Shown here: in pieces, positions 1 to 13,173 of the stretch
Layout: the number at the start of each line of letters is the position of its first letter
Position numbering within the stretch: position 1 is the stretch's first letter
Source: Eledone cirrhosa
Taxonomy: Eukaryota
Direction: 5' to 3'
DNA: 64,000 nt
Assembly: GCA_964016885.1 (NCBI GenBank)
Contig: OZ024762.1
Span: 22,196,001-22,260,000 of the forward strand
The notes under the pieces: generated by a model
The model's database searches: none
What the model saw: the letters and a program-made list of their open reading frames with translations, nothing else
What the model was told of the DNA's origin: nothing
Program-made: the position numbers and the translations under genes

Positions 1-552
1 TGTTTCTACTTTTAGCACAGGGCCAACAATTATCCCAGTGCATCACTGGTACTTTATTTTATCGACCCCGTAAGGATGAAAGGCAAAGTTAACCTTGGCG
101 GGATTTGAACTAAGATCATAAAGGCCCGTAACTCCGTGCTTAGCGTCCGACTCTTTAACGATACTGCCAATCCACCGCCCTTGGAGTTTCTACTTTTGGC
201 ACAAGGCCAGCGAATACCCCAGTGCATCACTGGTACTTTATTTTATCGACCCCGTAAGGATGAAAGGCAAAGTTAACCTCGGCGGGATTTGAACTAAGAT
301 CATAAAGGCCCGTAACTCCGTGCTTGGCGTCCGACTCTTTAACGATACTGCCAATCCACCGCCCTTGGAGTTTCTACTTTTGGCACAAGGCCAGCGATTA
401 CCCAGTGCATCACTGGTACTTTATTTTATCGACCTCGTAAGGATGAAAGGCAAAGTTAATCTCTGCAAGATTTGAACTCAGAACGCAAAGGGCCGCAACT
501 ATGCTGCAAAGCATGGTGTCTGACGCTCTACCGATTCTGCCAAACCACCGCC
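1..552 (-). mobile_element. Three tandem copies of tRNA-derived SINE family 1 (~1-179, 186-363, 370-552)
   Basis: The reverse complement shows an A box (TGGCAGTATCG..AG), a B box (GAGTTCAAATC, intact in copy 3), a central GCCTTTCATCCTTACGGGGTCGATAAAATAAAGTACCAG block resembling the Meta-type SINE domain (from memory), and the 3' end GGCCTTGTGCCAAAAGTAGAAAC. Period is ~184 bp. Confidence 0.85.
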
Positions 553-655
553 ATTGCACACATGCAATAATATCCATAGCTGTACACCAACACATACAGA
601 AATGCTTACATATTTACCTAGTTGATGTTGTCTAAATTCCAATGTTAGGAACCAG

Positions 656-686
656 CTCTCTCTCTCTCTCTCTATCTATCTACCTA

Positions 687-729
<43 letters not shown>

Positions 730-735
730 CTCTCT

Positions 736-770
<35 letters not shown>

Positions 771-951
771 CGAAAATTTATAAAATAATAAAACCAGAAG
801 AACATACGTACATACATACATATATACACACACACATACATACATACATACATACATACATACATACGTACATACATATATACACACACACATACATACA
901 TACGTACATACATACATATATACATACGTACATACACATACGTACATACAT

Positions 952-1010
<59 letters not shown>

Positions 1011-1041
1011 TACATACATAGATACGTACACACACGTACAT

Positions 1042-1088
<47 letters not shown>

Positions 1089-2415
1089 TACATACATACA
1101 TACATACATACATACATACATACATACATACATACATACATACATACATACATACATACATGACATGACATGACATTGTCCTTTCTATACTTTTTATTGT
1201 TTTTCCAGTAAAAAACAATAAAAGGTGAAATATCAGACATGGGATCTCATAAATAATACCTGGCGATGGCGGGAGGGGGGTGTTGTGGGGGTGCAGGGGG
1301 TGGGGGCTATAGTGGTGGTGGAGGGGATATAGTGGTGTGGAAAGTGGTATGGAAGATGTCTGTAGTGTGGTGGGCATAGAGATTGGTCGTGTCGGTGCTG
1401 ATGGTGGTGGTGGTGGTTGTTGGTGTAGGTGGTGGTGGTAATGATGGTGTGGAGGTGGTAATGGTGGTGGTGGTAATGATGATGGTGGTGGTGGTGGTGC
1501 TGGTTGTTGTTGTAGGTGGTGGTTGTTGTTATAGGTGGTGGTGGTTGTTATAGGTGGTGGTAATGATGGTGGTGGTGGTGGTTGTTGTAGGTGGTGGTGG
1601 TGGTGGTGGTTGTTATAGGTGGTGGTGGTAATGATGGTGGTGGTTGTTGTTGTAGTGGTGGTGGTGGTGGTAATGATGATGGTGGTGGTGGTGGTGGTGG
1701 TTGTTGGTGTAGGTGGTGGTTGTTGTTGTAGGTGGTGGTGGTAATGATGGTGGTGGTGGTGGTTATGATGATGGTGGTGGTGCTGGTGGTTGTTGTAGGT
1801 GGTGGTGGTAATGATGGTGGTGGTTGTTGTTGTAGGTGGTGGTGGTGGTGGTGGTGGTTGTTATAGGTGGTGGTGGTAATGATGGTGGTGGTGGTGGTGG
1901 TGGTGATTGTTATAGGTGGTGGTAATGATGGTGTGGAGGTGGTAATGATGATGGTGGTGGTGGTGGTGGTAATGATGGTGGTGGTGGTTGTTGTTGTAGG
2001 TGGTGGTGGTAATGATGGTGGTGGTGGTAATGATGATGGTGGTGGTAATGATGATGATGGTGGTGGTGGTGGTTGTTGTAGGTGGTGAAGGTGGTAATAA
2101 TGGTGGTGGAGGTGGTAATGATGGTGGTAATGGTGGTGGCGGTGGCGGCGGCGGTGGCGGCGGCGGTGGCGGCGGCGGTGGCGGCGGCGGTGGCGGCGGC
2201 GGTGGCGGCGGCTGGGGCTGGATGGCCTTCGTCATGTTGGAGGTGGTGAGGATAGTGGTAGCGATGAAGATGTCGCTGATGATGGTAGTGGGGGTGTGAT
2301 CATGACGACAACAACAATGATGCTGATGATGATGATAGGAGGGCGGTGGCTTGAGATGAGGAGGTGAAGGAAGGAAGGAAGGAGGTAAAGGAAGGAAGGA
2401 AGGAAGGAAGGAAGG
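656..2415. repeat. Compound microsatellite/low-complexity block: (CT)n, (TA)n, (ACAT)n, (AC)n, (GGT)n, (GGC)n, (GGAA)n
   Basis: Directly visible simple repeats. Confidence 0.95.
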
Positions 2416-2497
2416 AATGGCAGTAATATCCATAAATAATAATAAATGTATGATACGAAAATATTAATACGAAACTATGATAATAATAATATTAATG

Positions 2498-2770
2498 GTT
2501 TCTTATATAGGCACAAGGCCAGCAATTTTGGGCGAAGGGAAAGTCGATTAAATCGACCCCCAGTACATTACTGGTACTTTATTTATCGACCCCGTAAGGA
2601 TGAAAGGCAAAGTTAACTTCGGCAAGATTTGAACTCAGAGCATAAAGGGCCGTAACTCCATGCTGCAAAGCATGGCGTCCGACCCTCTACCGATACTGCC
2701 AATCCAAGACCTTACGGGGTCGATAAAATAAAGTACCAGTAATGCACTGGGGTAATTGCTAGAAACAATT
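2498..2770 (-). mobile_element. SINE family 1 copy (minus, ~2498-2706) followed by an inverted partial copy (~2710-2770)
   Basis: Same core as 1-552. The segment CCTTACGGGGTCGATAAAATAAAGTACCAG reappears on the plus strand immediately after. Confidence 0.8.
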
Positions 2771-2931
2771 GTTAGTTTCTGAAGATCCCGTTAAGGGTGA
2801 AAGCAGCGATTCTTTGCTTAAACTTTAATCTGTTATTTTAATAAATATTTGCTCTTGAGTTCTTATATATTTGATATATATTTATCCTTATCGAGCCCGC
2901 TTTGGATTTTAGTCTTCAAATTTATTATTAT

Positions 2932-2961
<30 letters not shown>

Positions 2962-2962
<1 letters not shown>

Positions 2963-3161
2963 ACGAAGGAAATGTGGTAAGGAACCAGGTGGACCATAAC
3001 GCACCAAAGTACTCAATACTTAGGGTAGTAGAGTGGGTAATAGGAACAAGTAAGACCCCGACGGCTGAGCTCAAGCCGTTTCGACGGCTAATTCTGGACT
3101 GAATCAGTCCAGAATTAGCCGTCGAAACGGCTTGAGCTCAGCCGTCGGTGTCTTACTTGTT

Positions 3162-3195
<34 letters not shown>

Positions 3196-3386
3196 AAATG
3201 ACATATATATATAGGAACGAGTAGGATCCCGACGGCTGAGCTGAATGTCCAGAATTAGCCGTCGAAACGGCTTGAGCTCAGCCGTCGGGGTCCTAATCGT
3301 TCCTATTACCCACTCTACTACCCTAAGTATTGAGTACTTTGGTGCGTTATGGTCCATCTGGTTCCTTACCACATTTCCTTCGTTAC
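2962..3386. mobile_element. Family D short repeat (AGCCGTCGAAACGGCT...CCTTCGTTA-(TA)n): two inverted copies, each with a fold-back arm
   Basis: Minus copy 2962-3102 with mirrored arm 3104-3165. Plus copy ~3246-3386 preceded by an inverted arm ~3211-3242. Flanked by (TA)n. Confidence 0.8.
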
Positions 3387-3803
3387 ATATATATATATAT
3401 ATATATATAGATATATATGCCGAGTTTGGGAAGGTGGGCAGGTCCGCGTTTGGGTTTGCCGAATTTGGAAGATGAGGGAGGTTTGTTTTGGTAGGGGGTC
3501 ACGAGGGCAGTTCGGCGTTTGATTAAAGGTGTTTGATGAGTTTTTGTTAACTGATTGGAGCAATAGGGGTCTTATTTAGGTATATATATATATACTACTA
3601 GAGACTGTATGCAGTAGGTAGTTGTTTGGTAGTCATTAGGACATCGGATAGACGGCTTCGTGGTACTTCGTATGTCTGAGTTCAGATCCGGCCGTGGTCA
3701 ACTTCGACTCTTAATTTTCGACGTCCATTTAAAAGTGTACCAACCCAGTACTGGATTCGTTTTTTTCCTTAATTTCTCTTTCTCACTTCCTTTCTAATAC
3801 TTT

Positions 3804-3834
<31 letters not shown>

Positions 3835-4364
3835 CTACCACCAACACCATCATCATCATCATCATCATTATTATTATCATCATCACTACAACCACCACCA
3901 CCACCACCACCACCACCCCCTATAGGATCATCACTATCATCATCATAATCATCATCACCACTACCCCCCCCCTATAGGATCATCACTATCATCATCATAA
4001 TCATCATCACCACTACCACCACCACCACCACCCCCTATAGGATCATCACTATCATCATCAGCAGCCACAGCACCGCCAGCACCAGCACCACCACCACAGC
4101 ACCACCATCCTCTTCCTTATTCATTCCCATCTATTCCATATTTTTTTTTTTTGTTTTCTTGTTTTTGTTCCGTGACACAAGCCCCGACCCCCCATCACAT
4201 GCCCCTCTCCCACCCTCCTCCCCCCATCACACACACACACCTCTTCCCTCCGCCCCTACTGTTTGTAGTTAACCAGATGAACACAAAGGCTGAAGGGCTT
4301 CATACATCATATTTTTTTTCACAAAAAATTCACTAATTGATAATATTGAACAAAAAGGGAACTA

Positions 4365-6300
4365 GTACAACAACAACAACAACTACAGCAATAACAATAA
4401 CAACAACAACTACAACAGCAATAACAACAACAACAACAACAACGATAACATCAACAACAACAACTACAACAGCAATAACAACAACAACAACAACGATAAC
4501 ATCAACAACAACAACTACAACAGCAATAACAATAACAACAAGAACAACAACTACAGCAATAACAATAACAACAAGAACAACAACTACAGCAATAACAATA
4601 ACAACAACAACAACTACAACAGCAACAACAATAACAACTACAACAATAACAACAACAACAACTACAACAGCAACAACAATAACAACTACAACAACAATAA
4701 CAACAACAACTACAACAGCAATAACAAGACAACAACTACTACTACTACAGCAGCAACAACCTCAACCACAACACTAACAGCAGCAATAACAACAGCAACA
4801 ACAACAATAATAACAACAGCAGCAGCAGCAGCAATAACAACAACAGCAACAACAACAATAACAACAACGGCAGCAGCAGCAGAAATAACAACAACAACGA
4901 CAGCAGTAACAACAACAAAAACAACAACAATAACAACAACAACCACAATAACAGCAACATTAATATCAACAGCAATACCTTACAAGCACACACGCAATAC
5001 ATACATACACACACATATATTTACACAATACATACATACACACACATATATTTACACAATACACACACACACACATATTTACACAATACACACACATACA
5101 TATATTTACACAATACATACTTACACATATTTACACAATACATACTTACATACTTACACACATATATTTACACAATACATACTTACACACACACACACAT
5201 ATATTTACACACACACATATTTACACAATACATACTTACACACACACACACATATATTTACACACACACATATTTACACAATACATACTTACACACATAT
5301 TTACACAATACATACTTACACACACACATATATTTACACAATACATACTTACACACATATATTTACACAATACATACTTACAAACACACATATATTTACA
5401 CAATACATACTTACACACACACATGTTTACACAATACATACTTACACACATATATTTACACAATACATACTTACACACACACATGTTTACACAATACATA
5501 CTCACACACACATATTTACACAATACACACGCATACATATATTTACACAATACATACTTACACATATTTACACAATACATACTTACACACATATATTTAC
5601 ACAATACATAATTCCACACACACACTCATATTTACACACACACATATTTACACAATACATACTTACACACATATTTACACAATACATACTTACACACACA
5701 TATATTTACACAATACATACTTACACACATATATTTACACAATACATACTTACAAACACACATATATTTACACAATACATACTTACACACACACATGTTT
5801 ACACAATACATACTTACACACATATATTTACACAATACATACTCACACACACATATTTACACAATACATACTTACACATATTTACACAAAACATACTTAC
5901 ACACATATATTTACACAATACATACTTACACACACACACATATATTTACACACTCACATATTTACACAATACATACTTACACACACACATATTTACACAA
6001 TACATACTTACACACAGGCTTCTTACAAACACACACACACCACACCACCACCACAACACCACCACCACATCACCACCACCACATCACCACCACCACAACC
6101 ACACCACCACCACCACATCACCACCACCACATCATCACCACCACAACCACACCACCACCACCACCACCAACCAGTAAATGACTACACGATCACCACCACC
6201 ACCACACCACCACCACCACACCACCACAACCACACCACCACCACCACCACCACCACCAACCAGTAAATGACCATACCACCACCACCACACCACCACCACA
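4365..6300. repeat. (AAC)n-rich tract, ~27-30 bp minisatellite (ATATTTACACAATACATACTTACACAC) at ~4990-6015, and (ACC)n tract
   Basis: Directly visible tandem units. Confidence 0.9.
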
Positions 6301-6436
6301 GAGGGAGAGAGAATCATAGGGAACAGCTGCTCTCCTCTTGTTACATACTTGCTTCTTTCTTTCTTCTTCTACTTCTTCCTCTCCTTGCTCTTCTTAAACA
6401 TTTTTCTGTCATTCCCTTTTACTTTAATGTATATAT

Positions 6437-6491
<55 letters not shown>

Positions 6492-6537
6492 TCTATATAC
6501 AAATATATATATATATATATACACACATATATATATT

Positions 6538-6948
6538 GTGGCTGCCAACTCGTTTTCGAGTACGGCCACTACTTTATATCCATGTAGGAAAAATCCTACC
6601 AATGCGCTGAACAAGTGTGACTTTTTAGTCCAGCCAGCGACTTGAAAACTCTGGTACAAAGACTACACTTGTGACAATTATTGACACATAGTGCTGGGCC
6701 CATGGTACTATGTGATGACAAGTGCAGAGAGATCTCCAGATATAAAGCAATGCCTGTGCCGTGAAGCTTTTATAGTGAGCAAAGGCACTGCACAAAGCCA
6801 GTCCCACTCTCTTAACCAAGATGATATTTACCAAAAAGAAGAACAAGTCAACATCATTGGATACCATCAGGGTTGCAGGTGTTATATCAGATTTTCTCCT
6901 TCTCCTAGAATTCTGCCTTGACAAAGGCTAAGGGGTCATCTGTCCCGG
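6538..6948 (-). mobile_element. 5'-truncated copy of an RTE-related non-autonomous element
   Basis: Near-identical to 8786-9196 and flanked by (TA)n. The minus strand contains a CTAGGAGAAGGA(G)AA motif that I recall from RTE-clade 5' UTRs. Confidence 0.6.
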
Positions 6949-7264
6949 ATATATATATACAAACATATATACAAACACACACACACATATATATATATAC
7001 ACACACATATATATATACACAAATATATATATTCAAACCTATAGTAGAATAATCGAGAATCGGAATATCAGCCCACGAAATCACGATAAACAATATCCGA
7101 CATGTGTGGCAGAGGGCTCAATAATTTGGATAAATCAGAGCTATAACTATCGTTAAAATACCAACACATAGAGATCATGCCTAAAATCACCCGTGCAGCC
7201 GAAAAAGAACGACCAGGAAGATTCGGGTCACTCAAATAAAATATCAATAAATTAATAAATTAAA

Positions 7265-7407
<143 letters not shown>

Positions 7408-7461
7408 GGAAACAGTGACGAAATAGTGAGTTCAATTGCATGAACTCATAATCCTTTATTT

Positions 7462-7517
7462 ACTGCTATATATATTTCGATGATAGCCATTGAATGGCTA
7501 TGACCTCATCAGACAGT
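7462..7517 (-). ncRNA. Type I hammerhead ribozyme motif (minimal stem III)
   Basis: Minus strand reads ACTGT-CTGATGA-ggtcatagccattcaatggctatcatc-GAAA-tatata-TA-GCAGT. The core is intact, stem I is ACTGT/GCAGT, stem II is long, and stem III is palindromic. Confidence 0.8.
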
Positions 7518-7616
7518 TAGTCAGTTCTTAGATATGCCAGCTCTGTGTTTATAGTGTTGATGGTATCAGAGCCTTGGGGGATATATATATATATATACAC
7601 ATAGATCTATAAAATG

Positions 7617-7648
<32 letters not shown>

Positions 7649-7739
7649 GATCTACAAAACCAAATAGTAAAATCATAATATTATAGAATTAAATAAAATT
7701 ATTTAGAACAAGTGAAGTTATTCTTTTCCTTTTTTTAAA

Positions 7740-8355
7740 TATACACACATATATACATATATATATACACATATATATATATACACACATATATATACAC
7801 ATATATACACACATATATATACACACATATATATATATACACACACATATATATATACACACACATATATATATACACACATATATATACACATATATAT
7901 ATACACACACACATATATATATATACACACATATATATATACACATACATATATACACACACATATATATATACACATATATATATACACACACATATAT
8001 ATACACATATATACACACATATATATACACATATATATATATACACACACATATATATATACACACACATATATATATACACACATATATATACACATAT
8101 ATATATACACACACACATATATATATATACACACATATATATATACACATACATATATACACACACATATATATACACACACATATATATATACACACAT
8201 ATATATACACATATATATATACACACACACATATATATATATACACACATACATATATATACACATACATATATACACACACATATATATATACACATAT
8301 ATATATATACACACATATATATACATATATATATATACACACACATACACATACA
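7740..8355. repeat. (AT)/(AC) compound microsatellite
   Basis: Directly visible. Confidence 0.95.
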
Positions 8356-8539
8356 CAATGCCTGTGCTTTGAATGTTTTTTTTTAAGTGGGGAAAGGCCT
8401 TGCACTCGACCAATCCCACTCTCTGAGCATCGAAAACACTACCTAAAAAGGAGAAGTGGTTTCCCTCTCTTAGAAAGGGGTTGTGAAAGTAACTAGGGGC
8501 CTTTCACTCCCAGGTGGAAAAAAAAAAAAAAAAAAGGAA

Positions 8540-8750
8540 AACTACTATTTGGATGGCCGTTGACTCTGCTGAGTTCCTCCGCCCTTCGTCGGATCTTGTA
8601 TTTCATCCCGTAGGGTGTCCAAATACCACCCTCCTCACCAAGCAAGTTTGGCGGGGTTGCCGGGCTGAGCCGCCGACGACGACCCGAACATGAGACAGGT
8701 TGTGCTGGGCTGGGTTACATGTTACCAGTAGCACTCCAGAGCGACCTGAC
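8540..8750 (-). mobile_element. Diverged 5' portion of an RTE-related element
   Basis: Homologous to 9200-9393 (CACCCTCCTCACCAAG, CATGAGACAGGTTGT, CATGTTACCAGTAGCAC, GACCTGACAT) and abuts (ACAT)n. Confidence 0.55.
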
Positions 8751-8785
8751 ATGATACATACATGCATACACATACATACATACAT

Positions 8786-9393
8786 GGTGGCTGCCAACTC
8801 GTTTTCGAGTACGGCCACTACTTTATATCCATGTAGGAGAACCCCTATCGATGCGCTGAACGAATGTGACTTTTTAGTCCAGCCAGCGACTTGAAAACTC
8901 TGGTACAAAGACTACACTTGTGACCATTATTGACACATAGTGCAGGGCCCATGGTACCATGTGATGACAAGTGCAGAGAGATCTCCAGATATAAAGCAAT
9001 GCCTGTGCTGTGAAGCTTTTATAGTGAGCAAAGGCACTGCACAAAGCCAGTCCCACTCTCTTAACCAAGATGATATTTACCAAAAAGAAGAACAAGTCAA
9101 CATCATTGGATACCATCAGGGTTGCAGGTGTTATATCAGAGTTTTCCTTCTCCTAGAATTCTGCCTTGACAAAGGCTAAGGGGTCATCTCTCCCGGTGAT
9201 TTTGGTTGGCTATTGAGTCTTAAGAGCTCCCTTGCCCTTTGACAGGTTTTGTTTTTAGTCCTGCAGGATGTCCAAAGTCACCCTCCTCACCAAGAAACCT
9301 TGGTGGTGTTGCCAGTTTAGTCGCCAACGACCCGACCATGAGACAGGTTGTACTGGGATACATGTTACCAGTAGCACCAACTGGTGACCTGAC
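8786..9393 (-). mobile_element. ~610 bp RTE-related non-autonomous element embedded in (ACAT)n
   Basis: (ACAT)n on both sides. Contains the RTE-like 5' UTR motif CTAGGAGAAGGAAAACTCTGA on the minus strand. A second copy is at 6538-6948. No RT ORF. Confidence 0.6.
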
Positions 9394-9472
9394 ATACATA
9401 CATACATACATACATACATACATACATACATACATAATCGAGGTGTATATGGGGACATATATGATGTATAAT

Positions 9473-9640
9473 TGTTTCTACTTTAGGCACAAGGCCAGCA
9501 ATTACCCAGTGCATTACTGGTACTTTATTTTATCGACCCGGTGAGGATGAAAGGCAAAGTCAACCTCGGCGGGATTTGAACTCAGATCGTAAAGGGACGT
9601 AACTATGCTGGAAAGCATGGCGCCCGACCCTCTACCGATA
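9473..9640 (-). mobile_element. SINE family 1 copy
   Basis: Matches the family core, B box and 3' end. Confidence 0.85.
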
Positions 9641-9703
9641 TTATAATAGACATATCCTCAACTCTTTAATATTATTTTTAATATATAATATGTCAGTGTG
9701 TGT

Positions 9704-9760
<57 letters not shown>

Positions 9761-9884
9761 TAGCCAGCTTGACTCCCTAGGCAGAAATGTAAAGCTATAA
9801 GGCTAATAATATCAAATATAACAAACGCCACTTAATATTCTGGTCTGGTGTTAATATGCTTATTAGACAACTCATTGTTAGACA

Positions 9885-10756
9885 CACGTACACATACACA
9901 CACATAATTACACATACAAATACACACACACACACATACAGGCACATAAATAAATACATACACAAACACTCACACATAAATACACATACAAATACACACA
10001 CACATACACACACATACACACACATAAATACACATACAAATACACACACACAAATAAATACGCACACAAACACACACACATAAATACACATACAAATACA
10101 CACACACACACATACAGACACATAAATAAATACACACACAAACACACACACATAAATACACATACAAATACACACACACATACACACACATACACACACA
10201 TAAATACACATACAAATACACACACACAAATAAATACACACACAAACACACACACATAAATACACACACAAATACACACACACAAACACACACACATACA
10301 CACACATACACACACATAAATACACATACAAACACACACACAAATACACATACAAACACACACACATACAAATACACACACACATTAATACACACACAAA
10401 CACACACACATACACACACATAAATACACATACAAATACACACACACATACACACAAATAAATACACATACAAACACACACACATATATACACACATAAA
10501 TACACATACAAACACACACACATACAAACACACACACACACACATACAAATACACACACACACATACATACACACATACACGCACACACATACAAACACA
10601 TACACATACGCGCACACATATACATACACCCAAGTCATTGATACATTTGTTTATATGTGGGTATGCGTGTATATATATGTGTATAGATAAGTGTATATAT
10701 TCATTTATATATAGAGAGTGGTTCTATCTAGAGTGTTTCTTTGCGTAAATTGTGTG

Positions 10757-10801
<45 letters not shown>

Positions 10802-10839
10802 TATACATATAAATATACATATATATTTGTGTGTATATG

Positions 10840-10871
<32 letters not shown>

Positions 10872-10975
10872 TATGTTTGTGTGTATATGTATGTATATAT
10901 ATATATATATATACATATATTTATACATATATATATACATATATATACACACACATGTGTGTAGTACATTGATAT

Positions 10976-11018
<43 letters not shown>

Positions 11019-11078
11019 TATATACATATATATACACACACATGTGTATAAGTACATTGATATACACACACACATATA

Positions 11079-11120
<42 letters not shown>
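9885..11120. repeat. (AC)/(AT)-derived degenerate minisatellite and microsatellite block
   Basis: Directly visible. Confidence 0.9.
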
Positions 11121-11123
<3 letters not shown>

Positions 11124-11302
11124 AATGATGTGCTCATGCGCAGAGATGCTATAAAGTAGCTTATGAAATAGGAAGACCTCTACTCGACCCCTATATCTCC
11201 CAGATATGGTGTTCGATATCTCATAGCGGCCTATGGCAACGTCTTTGTCCGTCTTTTAAGTATATTTATCCTATCTTATGAGCTATATTATAGCATCCCC
11301 GC

Positions 11303-11830
11303 CGAGTCCATAGTAAGGATCAAACCGCCAGACTCTTTCAAAAACGAAAGAGAGGCGGTTTTCCTCTGTACGGTGGCTATGGTGAAAGAAGTTATATGGT
11401 GGACGAGGTTGAGAGGACTGAGGACAGATGCCTTTCTCTCCGGACAACAATTGATTCCCTTCTTTAAGTATCACTTTAGAAGGAGAATCAGGGTGGAGAG
11501 AGAGGCACTGCACCCCAGTAAATTTACTGAAAGGTGGGTGAATGAAGCGAAAATGGCCCGAGTGATTGGGCCTTCTCTGTTTATAAGCCTGTAGGTTGAG
11601 GAAGAGAGCAAAAGGAAGAAAGGAGCACTTGCACAACACGCTCCTCGAGTTGAGGGTTGTTCTATCGACGGGGTATTAAACAACCCATTTGTGGCGCCTC
11701 CCCCCTATTGGGGATTTCGATTGTTGAAATTGTTTGTTTTTATATTTTTTACACGACTGTATGTAAAATCCCCGGCATGTCTTTGTATTGTCCCCTTTCT
11801 TGTTGCGCCCTTGTGGCTAATAAAGAAATC
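11303..11830 (+). mobile_element. 5'-truncated, diverged Tx1-type LINE (ORF2 C-terminus + 3' UTR) with a 19-bp TSD
   Basis: Translation VAMVKEVIWWTRLRGLRTDAFL...FTERWVNEAKMARVIGPSL aligns with the ORF2 end of the full LINEs. The 3' end is CCCTTGTGGCTAATAAAGAAATC. TATATTATAGCATCCCCGC is duplicated at 11284-11302 and 11831-11849. Confidence 0.9.
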
Positions 11831-11930
11831 TATATTATAGCATCCCCGCGTATGAGCACACCAGTCTTTATATTGTTTATCTTCTCTACCCTTCGTAAAA
11901 GTCCGAGAGATCGGCTCTAAATACACGATG

Positions 11931-11977
<47 letters not shown>

Positions 11978-11979
<2 letters not shown>

Positions 11980-12113
11980 CCAGAAATAGCCGTCGAAACG
12001 GCTTGAGCTCTGCCGTCGGGGTCAAACATTTTCATATTACCCACTCTACAACCCTAAGTATTGAGTACTCTGGTGCGTTATGGTTCATCTGGTTCCTTAC
12101 CACACTTCCTTCG

Positions 12114-12115
<2 letters not shown>
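11978..12115 (+). mobile_element. Family D short repeat copy
   Basis: Matches 3246-3386 and ends in (TA)n. Confidence 0.8.
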
Positions 12116-12184
<69 letters not shown>

Positions 12185-12185
<1 letters not shown>

Positions 12186-12325
12186 TATTGTTATACTTTG
12201 GGAGGGTCATGTTGCCAATAAGAAACACACGCACCAGTTGCTTTCACTTCAATTTATTATAATAACTAATAAATTTATAAATTTATAAATTTCTGGTTGG
12301 TTGGTTCCACAAATTCAGAAACGAA

Positions 12326-12326
<1 letters not shown>
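12185..12326 (-). mobile_element. Family A Penelope-like pLTR/tail fragment
   Basis: Inverse of 58938-59049 (AATAAATTGAAGTGAAAGCAACTGGTGCG...ATGACCCTCCCAAAGTATAACAAT) and lies between (TA)n tracts. Confidence 0.5.
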
Positions 12327-12373
<47 letters not shown>

Positions 12374-12380
<7 letters not shown>

Positions 12381-12426
12381 TGCCTCCTCGTTATCGAGTA
12401 TGGCCATTGCACGAGAAAAAAAAAAC
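12374..12426. repeat. Left arm of a ~50 bp inverted repeat (partner at 24668-24716)
   Basis: TGATGGCTGCCTCCTCGTTATCGAGTATGGCCATTGCACGAGAAAA is the reverse complement of 24668-24716. Confidence 0.9.
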
Positions 12427-12470
12427 ATAATAACAACAACAATAATAATAACGACAACAACAACAATAAT

Positions 12471-12625
12471 TGTTTCTACTTTTTACACAAGGCCAGCAAA
12501 TACCCAGTACATTACTGGTACTTTATTTTATCGACCCCCGTAATGGATGAAAGGCAAAATTAACCTCGACGGGATTTGAACTCAAACCGTAAAGGGACGT
12601 AACGCCGTGCTGCAAATTCACCGCC
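12471..12625 (-). mobile_element. SINE family 1 copy (head partly deleted)
   Basis: Family core on the minus strand, with its ATT/GTT tail at ~12427-12470. Confidence 0.85.
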
Positions 12626-12717
12626 AACAACAATAATAATATACATATATATATACACACACAGGCACACACATAAACATATATATATGTATATGTATAT
12701 TATTATTGTTGTTGTCG

Positions 12718-12960
12718 AGGGTGGTGGATTGGCAGTATCGGTAGAGGGTCGGACGCCATGCTTTCCAGCATAGTTACGTCTCTTTACGATCTGAGTTCAA
12801 ATCCCGCCGAGGTTGACTTTGCCTTTCATCCTTACGGGGTCGATAAAATAAAGTACCAGTAATGCACTGAGTAATTGCTGGCCTTGTGCCTAAAGTAGAA
12901 ACAATTATTGTTGTTGTCGTTATTATTATTGTTGTTATAATTATTATTATTATTATTATT
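12718..12960 (+). mobile_element. Full-length SINE family 1 copy with a (GTT/ATT)n tail that is the LINE insertion site
   Basis: A box TGGCAGTATCGGTAG, B box GAGTTCAAATCC, 3' end GGCCTTGTGCCTAAAGTAGAAACA, then ATT repeats running directly into the LINE 5' end. Confidence 0.9.
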
Positions 12961-13173
12961 GACGAAAGTGGATGTACGTTTTTTGAAGCTCCGTGAGTAA
13001 GCAATTTTTGAGGATTAATTGTAGAGAATTGTTTATTTTTTGTACCGCTGAAGCATTATAAGACATTAATTTGTATCCTGTGAAGGAATAACTCATAATA
13101 TTTGGGCCTTTTGGCCCAAATATTTGAACTTTATTTTGAAAAAAAAAAATAATAATTTTTTTCTCAAAAAAAC

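Noticed and set aside
3110-3165. Family D GAAA motif as a hammerhead
   Set aside because: There is no upstream CUGANGA and no canonical NUH triplet in any copy here.
12718-12810. tRNA gene
   Set aside because: The A and B boxes belong to a SINE head. There is no complete cloverleaf, and the sequence continues into the SINE body.
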